The position numbers and the translations under genes were made by a program. Below the pieces are notes generated by a model. The model did not search any database and had not been told where the DNA came from. It worked only from the letters and a program-made list of their open reading frames with translations. From Bacteroidales bacterium UBA4772 (GTDB lineage: Bacteria > Bacteroidota > Bacteroidia > Bacteroidales > VadinHA17): a DNA stretch of 64,000 nt. Where the stretch lies: positions 129,365-193,364 of the forward strand of contig DHHM01000023.1 of assembly GCA_002403305.1 (NCBI GenBank). The letters run 5' to 3'. Of this stretch, positions 1 through 7,721 are shown piece after piece; position 1 is the stretch's first letter; each line of letters begins with the position of its first letter.

Positions 1-603
1 ACCAAAACCCGCACTGCCGGGGAGGCCATGGAAGCCTACAAAGCAGGACTGAGGCTCTTCGGTGAGAACCGGGTGCAGGAGCTGGCAGCCAAGAAAGATC
101 TGCTTCCTGATGATGTCATATGGCATCTTATCGGGCACCTGCAGTCAAACAAGGTGAGACAGGCGGTTGCCATTGCCTCCATGATTGAGTCCGTGGATTC
201 GCTGAAGCTGCTCACAAAGATTGATGAGGAAGCGGTCAGACAGGATAAGCAGATCGATTGCCTGTTGCAGTTCCACATTGCCTCCGAGGAGACCAAACAG
301 GGTTTCGGCATTGAGGAGGCCGACAGCACCGACTGGAAGGAGGTAACAGCTTCGCTTCGTGCCGTACGGATATGCGGTGTCATGGGAATGGCAACTTTCA
401 CTAATGATAGTGAACAGGTGAGGAGGGAGTTCCGGACGCTCGCACTGATCTTCAGGAACTTGCATGACAGACACTTCAGCGGTATGGAATTTTTCCGGGA
501 GATATCAATGGGAATGACCGGCGACTGGCTCCTTGCCGTTGAGGAGGGAAGCACAATGGTCAGGGTCGGAACACTTATATTTGGAGAACGAATTATCAGA
601 TAA
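1..603 (+). CDS. yggS: YggS-family pyridoxal-phosphate homeostasis protein (5' end outside window)
   Basis: Frame 1 is open from base 1 (TKTRTAGEAMEAYKAGLRLFGENRVQE...HLIGHLQSNK...MGMTGD...). This is the typical YggS/PLPBP motif order. Stop TAA at 601-603. Confidence 0.8.
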   Translation, partial: TKTRTAGEAMEAYKAGLRLFGENRVQELAAKKDLLPDDVIWHLIGHLQSNKVRQAVAIASMIESVDSLKLLTKIDEEAVRQDKQIDCLLQFHIASEETKQGFGIEEADSTDWKEVTASLRAVRICGVMGMATFTNDSEQVRREFRTLALIFRNLHDRHFSGMEFFREISMGMTGDWLLAVEEGSTMVRVGTLIFGERIIR

Positions 604-604
604 A

Positions 605-1582
605 ATGAGCACAATCAGTACACGTTACCTGGGACTCGATCTTAAGAGTCCTGTTATAGCCGGGAGTTCGAATTTCACATCCAAGGTTGATTCACTAAAG
701 GAAGCTGAGGCAGCGGGTGCCGGGGCTGTCGTCCTCAAATCCCTTTTCGAGGAGCAGATAGTATCCCTGGCTAATTCGATGTCTTCAGAAGGATCATATC
801 CCGAGGCTGACGATTACCTGCAATACTATACCCGCACCAACAGCGTTGAGACCTATCTTGATCTGATAAGGAATGCCCGCAGCAGCGTTCAGATACCTGT
901 GATAGCCAGCATCAACTGCTTTTCCGCAAAAGGGTGGACCGATTTTGCCGTTGAGATAGAAAAAGCGGGTGCCAGTGCCCTGGAGGTGAACATTTTCTTC
1001 ATTCCTGTGGATAGAAACCAGAAGGCTTCAGATTCTGAGGCTGTATACTTCAAGATCATAGACAGCCTCACAAAAAAGCTGAAGATACCCGTGACGGTAA
1101 AGATAGGCCTGCGCTTCTCAAACCTGCTCAATTTTGCATGGGAGATACATAACCACGGAGCCTCGGGCATTGTGATGTTCAATAGGTTCTATGAACCTGA
1201 CTTTGACATAAATACCATGGAGGTGGTTCCTGCCTCCGTGCTCTCCAATCCTGTTGAACAACGTTATGTTCTGCGGTGGGTGGGGATGGTCAGTGCACAG
1301 GATATCAAAATTGACATATCAGCTACCACCGGAGTATACACCGGGGAAGATGCCATCAAATATCTCCTGGCCGGAGCCACCACGATTCAGGTCTGCTCGG
1401 CACTCTACAGGCGAGGTTTCAGGGTAATTACCGAGATCAACGAAGCAATACATAAGTGGATGGATGACAAGGATTTCAAGACCATCGACGACTTCAGGGG
1501 GAGGCTTAACTACCGGAACATAGACAACCCGGCCCTCTTCGAGAGATCCCAGTTCATGAAGCATTACAGCTCCTACATTTAG
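605..1582 (+). CDS. Dihydroorotate dehydrogenase-like (class-1 PyrD family TIM barrel) protein
   Basis: ATG at 605, one nt after the yggS stop (MSTISTRYLGLDLKSPVIAGSSNF...). The ORF-track start at 533 would overlap yggS. Glycine-rich FMN-barrel-like segments are present. Confidence 0.7.
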   Translation: MSTISTRYLGLDLKSPVIAGSSNFTSKVDSLKEAEAAGAGAVVLKSLFEEQIVSLANSMSSEGSYPEADDYLQYYTRTNSVETYLDLIRNARSSVQIPVIASINCFSAKGWTDFAVEIEKAGASALEVNIFFIPVDRNQKASDSEAVYFKIIDSLTKKLKIPVTVKIGLRFSNLLNFAWEIHNHGASGIVMFNRFYEPDFDINTMEVVPASVLSNPVEQRYVLRWVGMVSAQDIKIDISATTGVYTGEDAIKYLLAGATTIQVCSALYRRGFRVITEINEAIHKWMDDKDFKTIDDFRGRLNYRNIDNPALFERSQFMKHYSSYI

Positions 1583-1589
1583 AAGGAGG

Positions 1590-2105
1590 CTACTGTTTCA
1601 GCACCGAGATCAGTTCCACTGCCAGCTTCTGCAAGGGAATGTCATATTGTGTCATTGCCCTGTCAAGACGGGCTATAATACCGGTTTTGTCATCAGCACT
1701 GATTGTCTCAGAACAGTTTTCCAGAACGGTAAAGCACTCAAGGGAGGTCATGTAATCTCCTGACATGAATGCTTCGCTCAATGGCACGGCATATTCCGAG
1801 TAATCGAGTCCTGACTGCCAGCACGAAGATGCCAGCATAGCCTTTGTTTCCGGCTTCTTTACAGCATCAAGAGAGTCAATGACCTCAGTGCGACCCGATC
1901 TCTCTTTCATGTCATTGAAAAATGCCGCAATTGCAGTTTTTATCTCTTCCCTGTCCGACTCATCGTAGAATCGGGCCAGAAGCATGATCGCCCCCTCAAA
2001 AGGTTCTTCTGCCCTCAGCATACTAATCCGGTCATTTATCTCGTTATACTTTCCGTTACTGAGTATTCTGCGGAGCTCAGCAAGTTTCTTTTCAGACTTA
2101 ATCAT
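1590..2105 (-). CDS. Hypothetical cytoplasmic protein (171 aa)
   Basis: Only long ORF in this interval, convergent with the PyrD-like gene. No signal peptide and no recognisable motif. Confidence 0.5.
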   Translation of the reverse strand: MIKSEKKLAELRRILSNGKYNEINDRISMLRAEEPFEGAIMLLARFYDESDREEIKTAIAAFFNDMKERSGRTEVIDSLDAVKKPETKAMLASSCWQSGLDYSEYAVPLSEAFMSGDYMTSLECFTVLENCSETISADDKTGIIARLDRAMTQYDIPLQKLAVELISVLKQ

Positions 2106-2224
2106 TATGGTTAGTTTTGAACAAATTTATGTGTAATAATAACTTAAGGGCACATTTGATTATAAAAAAAATAAGTGTAATTTGGTCGGGTGTAAGCCTG
2201 TGAACTCTAAAAACCAAGATCATT

Positions 2225-3145
2225 ATGAACATTAAGCTTAAAATATTGCCACTTATCCTGGGAGTGACAGCTCTCTCGATCTGTATGGTCATCACATCAT
2301 GCAAGGGAAAGCCAAAAGGAGAGAGCCCCAAGGCAACCACTGAAGCTGTCAGTGCTGATGAGCAGACAATGGAGCAGATAAAGACCGCAGAGAAGGTTTT
2401 CAATGCTCTTCCCACCCCTCTGGAGGTAGCACAGCTGATCAGGGAGGCAGGAGCCGGTTTTGATGCCACACTGCTTAATCCCGTTGAGAACAGGGCGAAC
2501 TACACCACAAGCAAGAGTATGGCTCTCAACCTGGGGATTTTTGTCTGTGATCTCAGTTTTGCGAGTATGTACGACGAGACCTCACTGCTTGTCAACTATA
2601 TGGAGGCAGCCGAGAATATGGCAACGGGCCTGGGGATACTTGATGCCATAGATGAAACAACCATTGAGAGGCTGGAGCAAAACATCAACAACCGTGATGT
2701 GATCATGGAGATTGTATCGGAAACCTTCCTCAACTCACAGGCTTACCTGGAGGATGACGAACAGCATGCGGTTGCTGCCACGATAATCGCCGGTGGATTC
2801 ATTGAAGGGCTCTATATCTCCACCAATATGGTTGAGATGAAGAGCTTCAAAGGCAATAAGCTGGTGGGCACTATAGCTGATCAGAAGATGTCAGTTGATG
2901 ACATGATACGTCTCCTCGAGACCTACAATGACAACAGCGCCATACAGGAACTGATCGGTCCCATAAGGGAACTGAAGCTCATTTTTGACAGGGTTGAGCG
3001 TTCGTCGGCACCCTCATCAGCACAGTATGACAAGGCTACCGGAGTGACGGAGATTACCGGATCGGCAATATCGGAGATGAAACCGGAAGTGTTCACGGCT
3101 ATCAAGGAGAAGGTTGGAGAGATCAGAAACGCATACGTAAAATAG
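2225..3145 (+). CDS. Hypothetical lipoprotein (306 aa)
   Basis: Signal peptide with lipobox (..MVITSC|KGKP). Long uninterrupted ORF with no catalytic motif recognised. Confidence 0.6.
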   Translation: MNIKLKILPLILGVTALSICMVITSCKGKPKGESPKATTEAVSADEQTMEQIKTAEKVFNALPTPLEVAQLIREAGAGFDATLLNPVENRANYTTSKSMALNLGIFVCDLSFASMYDETSLLVNYMEAAENMATGLGILDAIDETTIERLEQNINNRDVIMEIVSETFLNSQAYLEDDEQHAVAATIIAGGFIEGLYISTNMVEMKSFKGNKLVGTIADQKMSVDDMIRLLETYNDNSAIQELIGPIRELKLIFDRVERSSAPSSAQYDKATGVTEITGSAISEMKPEVFTAIKEKVGEIRNAYVK

Positions 3146-3151
3146 AGTCCG

Positions 3152-3595
3152 ATGAAACAGATTATACAATCAATTGTTCTGACAGTACTCCTCTCCCTTA
3201 TCGGGGGCGGGGAAGCAGCCGCACAGTGCAAGGGATTTGCCAAGTCGCTGTGCAAGAAGGAGCTGGGTGCATATCTTCATGACGGCAACTATCATGCAGC
3301 AGTACTGGTTGAAGGGGAGGAGGCTGAACTATACAAGACCTTCTACTCTGATCTCGATTACAGGCTTGTGATCTGCGGTGCTGACGGGCTTCCACCCATC
3401 GAGTTCACGGTTCTTGATGCCACCGGCAAAGTGCTTTACTCGAACACGGAGGGGGGACTGACCAATATATGGGATTTCAAGCTGGAGGCCAGCCAGCAGC
3501 TGAAGATAATGATAAAGGTGACAACATTTGGCATCAAGGATGAACTTCCCGCCAGCGGCTGCGTGGCGATAATGTTCGGTTTCAGAGCAAAATAG
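3152..3595 (+). CDS. Hypothetical secreted protein (147 aa)
   Basis: Starts 6 nt after the preceding gene, so probably the same operon. N-terminal signal peptide MKQIIQSIVLTVLLSLIGGGEAAAQ. Confidence 0.55.
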   Translation: MKQIIQSIVLTVLLSLIGGGEAAAQCKGFAKSLCKKELGAYLHDGNYHAAVLVEGEEAELYKTFYSDLDYRLVICGADGLPPIEFTVLDATGKVLYSNTEGGLTNIWDFKLEASQQLKIMIKVTTFGIKDELPASGCVAIMFGFRAK

Positions 3596-3617
3596 AATTT
3601 TTATAAGGTCATAGGCG

Positions 3618-3649
3618 GAGGGTGTCTCATGATTCAGAAGGACACCCTC
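3618..3649. terminator. Hairpin between convergent genes (putative bidirectional intrinsic terminator)
   Basis: 9-bp perfect stem gagggtgtc (3618-3626) / gacaccctc (3641-3649) with a 14-nt loop, followed by a T-rich tract (tttcatttc). Confidence 0.4.
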
Positions 3650-3651
3650 TT

Positions 3652-4191
3652 TCATTTCTGCCCCTCAGCAAACAGTGTCCGGCACCTGTTGCACAGACTG
3701 CCGGTTTTCTGGTCAATGTCTTCGACGTAGGTGCTTGAACGCATGACGCATGCAGGTGCATGACAGTGCAGAAGTCCGAATGTGTGCCCCAGCTCATGTA
3801 TCACCTCCCTGATAGCCCTGGCAAGAAGAATATCTTCATCCTTTTTCAGACCGTAAAGTTCGTTCCTCAGGCGATATACTGAAGCAATGGCGGTCTTTTC
3901 ACCCAGTACGGCCTGGCCGAATATGTAAGTGAGAATGGGAATGTAAAGGTCAATCCTGAAAAGACAGATCAGCCGGTCATATTTATTTTGGGTACACCCC
4001 TTAAGATGATGAAGGAGCCTGTTCCCGTCATATTGCCGTCTTGCCGGATTGTAGTAGGGGTTGAGATCCAGGTGGCATTCCTCGGTACTGACCTGGTACC
4101 TGAATTCAGCTTCAACTGCCAGTGCGATCCTTCTCAGAAACTCCTTTTCAAAAGGGCCGTTAGAAAGCAATATTATTTTTTTCTCTTTCAA
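3652..4191 (-). CDS. Archaemetzincin-family zinc metallopeptidase (peptidase M54-like)
   Basis: HELGHTFGLLHCHAPACVM...(16 aa)...CNRC fits the archaemetzincin signature HEXXHXXGX3CX4CXM...CXXC. Lies 20 nt downstream of the sigma-54 activator gene. Confidence 0.8.
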   Translation of the reverse strand: MKEKKIILLSNGPFEKEFLRRIALAVEAEFRYQVSTEECHLDLNPYYNPARRQYDGNRLLHHLKGCTQNKYDRLICLFRIDLYIPILTYIFGQAVLGEKTAIASVYRLRNELYGLKKDEDILLARAIREVIHELGHTFGLLHCHAPACVMRSSTYVEDIDQKTGSLCNRCRTLFAEGQK

Positions 4192-4211
4192 TGAGCAAGA
4201 ATCGTTGATGG

Positions 4212-5552
4212 CTAATCTTTCTGCTTCAGACCATACTTCCTGATTTTGTTGTAAAGAGTTACTCTGTCAACATTTAGAGCTCTGGCAGAGCGGGACACAT
4301 TCCAGCTGTACTTTATCAATATCTCCTCAATGTGTCTTTTCTCAAGCTCTTCGAGGCTTTCAACGGAACTGCTGACAGCCTCCTTACCCATTGGAAGGTC
4401 TTTCAGCTTTATCTCCTTTCCGTTGCCGATAACTATCGCACGTTCGATCATATTCTCCAGTTCCCGGACATTCCCGGGGAACTCGAACTTTTCCAGGTGT
4501 TTAAGTGCTGCAGGATCAATTGTTATCAGGTCACGGCTCATGGAGGTGCAGTATTTTTTTATGAAGTGACTGACAAGCAGGGGTATATCTTCAGTCCTTT
4601 CACGTAATGGCGGAATGGTGATATTGACAACATTCAGCCTGTAGAAGAGATCTTCGCGGAAGTTACCGTTTTCTACCATCCCTTTCAGGTCCCTGTTTGT
4701 AGCGCATATGACCCTGAAGTCAGATGTGATCTCCCTGTTGCCTCCCACGCGGACGAAGCTTTTGGTTTCAAGGACTCTCAGAAGCTCGATCTGCATCTTG
4801 GGAGAGATGGTGGCTATCTCGTCAAGGAAGATAGTGCCGCCGTCGGCCATTTCGAATCTGCCCTTGCGGTTGAAGGTGGCGCCAGTGAAGGCGCCTTTCT
4901 CATGACCGAAGAGTTCACTTTCGAGGAGGCTCTCGGTCAGGGCACCGCAATGGACACTGATGAGGGGAAAGTACCTGCGGGCAGAGTTCGAATGGATCGC
5001 CCTTGCAATCAGCTCCTTGCCCGTGCCGCTCTCACCTGTGATTATTACTGAGGAATTTGACTGGGCCACACTCTCAATTTGATCAAGCACCTTTCGGATG
5101 GCATCGCTCTGACCGATGAAATCATCCATGGCTTCCAGGGTGGTGACTCTGCTTTTCAGGGCCTCATTTTCCCCTTTAAGAGCTATCTGTGCCGCAGCAT
5201 TACGGATGAGGTGCGACAGGTCATCAGGATCAAAAGGCTTGGTGACATAATCAAATGCACCCTCTTTGAGCGCCTGTACAGCCGTGTCAACCGATGCGAA
5301 TGCAGTCATAATGATAACGATGGAATCCCTGTTCAGGGCCTTAATGCGCCTGTGCATCTCCATCCCGTCCATGCCCGGCATCTTTATGTCGGCAAGGATG
5401 ATATCAAAATCCCTGACCTCAATAAGCTGAAGCGCTTTTTTTGCGTTCTCGGCACACTCTACGCTGTACCCGTCCTCAATGAACCAGTTCAGCAATGAAT
5501 CCCTGACGGATTCTTCATCATCAACAATCAGAATGGAAATCTTTTCTGCCAT
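4212..5552 (-). CDS. Sigma-54-dependent response regulator (NtrC family)
   Basis: Receiver domain (ILIVDDEESVRDSL..DIKMPGMDG). AAA+ sigma-54 interaction domain (GESGTGKELIARAIH, ESELFGHEKGAFTGA). C-terminal Fis-type HTH (ARALNVDRVTLYNKIRKYGL). Confidence 0.92.
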   Translation of the reverse strand: MAEKISILIVDDEESVRDSLLNWFIEDGYSVECAENAKKALQLIEVRDFDIILADIKMPGMDGMEMHRRIKALNRDSIVIIMTAFASVDTAVQALKEGAFDYVTKPFDPDDLSHLIRNAAAQIALKGENEALKSRVTTLEAMDDFIGQSDAIRKVLDQIESVAQSNSSVIITGESGTGKELIARAIHSNSARRYFPLISVHCGALTESLLESELFGHEKGAFTGATFNRKGRFEMADGGTIFLDEIATISPKMQIELLRVLETKSFVRVGGNREITSDFRVICATNRDLKGMVENGNFREDLFYRLNVVNITIPPLRERTEDIPLLVSHFIKKYCTSMSRDLITIDPAALKHLEKFEFPGNVRELENMIERAIVIGNGKEIKLKDLPMGKEAVSSSVESLEELEKRHIEEILIKYSWNVSRSARALNVDRVTLYNKIRKYGLKQKD

Positions 5553-5562
5553 ATCATCCGTC

Positions 5563-7233
5563 TTACACGTTTTTTAAAGGAAAAACCAGTGATATTGTGG
5601 TCCCTCTGCCTACCACGGAATCCACTTCTATCTTCCCGCCATGATTCTGCACTATCCCGTGAACGATCGGAAGGCCCAGCCCGATACCCCTTGCGTCTCG
5701 CTTTGTAGAGAAGAAAGGTTCGAAAATGTGTGGGATATCTTCCGGAGCTATGCCCGAGCCGTTATCCGATATCTCAAGTCGTACAGTATCACCTTCACTG
5801 TTTTTGGTCCGGAGAACTATCTCACCGTTATCGGTCACCGCTTCGGAGGCATTTACCAGCACGGCGATGCATGCCTGTTTTACCTGGTTGGGACTGCAGT
5901 AGATGAGGTCAGAGCGGGCTGACAGATCTGTCAGGAAGGTGATGTTGGCAATTTTTATGTGATGCATCATCAGATCATGCGTCTCCCGTACAAGCTCATT
6001 CAGGTGCCTCTCCTCGAAGTCATCCTGGTCTTTCTGCGAGAAATCGAGAAGGCCCTTTACTATATCTCCACAGCGTTTGGTCTCGTTCTCAATGAGCTTG
6101 AGTTTCCGGAGCATGTTCTCCTTCTTTTCGGGATCAATGTCCTGACCGTCAAGCTGTTTGTATACCAGTTTCGTATAAATCAGTATCCCCGACAACGGGT
6201 TGTTGATCTCGTGTGCCACTGATGCCGAAAGCTTACCGAGCGAGGCTATCCTTTCAACATTAATAAGTTCATTTTGTGCTTCTGAAAGCTCTTCAGACTT
6301 TTTCTGAACCTTATACTCAAGCTGTTTTGACCAGTTCTCCAGTTCCTCAGTTGCGTTGTCAATGTTGTCGAGCATGTCATTGAATGCCACGGAGACCATC
6401 TTCATGTCGTCAAGCAGATCAGGCCTTATATCCAGCCTGGTCTTCATCTCGCCCGCCGAAACAGCTTCACTGGCCGTAATGAGGCTGTTCAGCGGGTCTT
6501 TGATCTTCTTCCTGGTAAAGAGAATCAACATCAGGACAATGATGGCGGTAATGATCAGTGCCATGAGGAGAAACTCAACAGAGGATTTCTGCAGGGCATT
6601 GTCGAGATCCTTGAGAGGCATCCTGATTATCAGTGAGCCGAGCACCTCATCGGTTTCACCGTGTGCGTGGCATGATGCAGTGTAGCATGACATCTCATTG
6701 AGGATCGGCCTCCTTATAAGCAGGTGCCTCTGGCCCGGCTGGTTGGGATTCATGCTGCAATCACTCTTCTCATCAATAATCGTGTAACTCTTCTCTCGCT
6801 TCGCAAACATCTCGTTCAGATCGGAGTGACATGCAATACAGTCGGGATTACTGTGATATTCCGTTTCAGCGGTGAAGGAAGAATAGGCCAGGTTATCATT
6901 CTGGTCATATAGATTGACATCGTCAATGCCCGGCATGGTGTTGATTATATCCAGTGTTCCGTGGAGAGTGCTCTTGTCATTCTCAAGCATTGATGTGTAC
7001 AGTGCCCCCTCCACTATTGCACCTATGTTATTTCCGTTCTGTTTGAGTACAGTGTTGAAATAATTAACATAGACCGTCCTGAAGATGACAGTAAAAGAAA
7101 GAAACAGGACTATTGCAGCGAATGCGATTATTCCTACAACCCGGCTGTAGATCGTTGATTTGAGACTGAAGGAACTGATCAGTCGGGTCAGCAATGATCT
7201 GCGAATGGGGCGGTTGTCACCGGTGGTTGCCAT
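5563..7233 (-). CDS. Sensor histidine kinase: extracytoplasmic domain with CXXCH/CX4CH motifs, HAMP, HisKA, HATPase
   Basis: Two hydrophobic segments (aa ~31-53 and ~221-240) flank a ~165-aa loop containing CIACH and CYTASCH. H-box SVAHEINNPL. G-boxes DNGSGI and GIGLGL. Confidence 0.85.
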   Translation of the reverse strand: MATTGDNRPIRRSLLTRLISSFSLKSTIYSRVVGIIAFAAIVLFLSFTVIFRTVYVNYFNTVLKQNGNNIGAIVEGALYTSMLENDKSTLHGTLDIINTMPGIDDVNLYDQNDNLAYSSFTAETEYHSNPDCIACHSDLNEMFAKREKSYTIIDEKSDCSMNPNQPGQRHLLIRRPILNEMSCYTASCHAHGETDEVLGSLIIRMPLKDLDNALQKSSVEFLLMALIITAIIVLMLILFTRKKIKDPLNSLITASEAVSAGEMKTRLDIRPDLLDDMKMVSVAFNDMLDNIDNATEELENWSKQLEYKVQKKSEELSEAQNELINVERIASLGKLSASVAHEINNPLSGILIYTKLVYKQLDGQDIDPEKKENMLRKLKLIENETKRCGDIVKGLLDFSQKDQDDFEERHLNELVRETHDLMMHHIKIANITFLTDLSARSDLIYCSPNQVKQACIAVLVNASEAVTDNGEIVLRTKNSEGDTVRLEISDNGSGIAPEDIPHIFEPFFSTKRDARGIGLGLPIVHGIVQNHGGKIEVDSVVGRGTTISLVFPLKNV

Positions 7234-7403
7234 TGCGGTTGTTTTTAGCGGTACTACATCTCTTTGCGACTGTGCACCTCCATTCCGGAGGGGTCTGGCA
7301 ATGAGTGTATAAATCTTCTACAATGTACAAAAAAATCTTCAGTTGACCGTTACGGACCTCATGACAGCGATATTTCAGGTGCTCCTTCCGCTCATTGCTT
7401 TGG

Positions 7404-7420
7404 AAGCAATATAGTTGCCG
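7404..7420 (-). promoter_or_regulatory. Sigma-54 (-24/-12)-like promoter upstream of the kinase gene
   Basis: Minus strand reads cGGCAAcTATATTGCTt. GG and GC have the consensus spacing of TGGCAC-N5-TTGCW. It lies directly after the stop of the 79-aa ORF, ~170 nt upstream of the kinase ATG. Confidence 0.35.
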
Positions 7421-7660
7421 TTACTCATCGTGATCCCCGTTATCGTTATTGTTTTTGGTAGCCTGGTGGATTCCCGGCAGCAAGGCAGGCCACAGGACAA
7501 ATATAGAGGGCACTGCCTGGAGAAATCCCTTGGTGAGGGCAGGGTATGAAGATTTCTGAATGTTTGTATTCAGTCCCGGCTCCTCAAATGGCACGGCTGA
7601 CAGATAGAGATAACCTGTACCTCCGGCTTCGTGCTCACCGTAGATGTGGTCATAACTCAT
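7421..7660 (-). pseudogene. 79-aa ORF resembling only the C-terminal tail and membrane anchor of HybA/NrfC-type 4Fe-4S subunits (probable gene remnant, possibly a stand-alone mini-gene)
   Basis: HIYGEHEAGGTGYLYLSAVPFEE...hydrophobic helix...TKNNNDNGDHDE parallels, from memory, the E. coli HybA C-terminus (HLYGEKE.GGTQVLVLTGVPYEN...TKNDHHDGGDDHES). There is no room upstream (61 nt) for the Fe-S cluster domain. Confidence 0.45.
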
Positions 7661-7721
7661 AGGATGGATATTAGTCAGAATTGGGTTAATACTAAATAGT
7701 TGCGACGGAAATCAAACGAAA

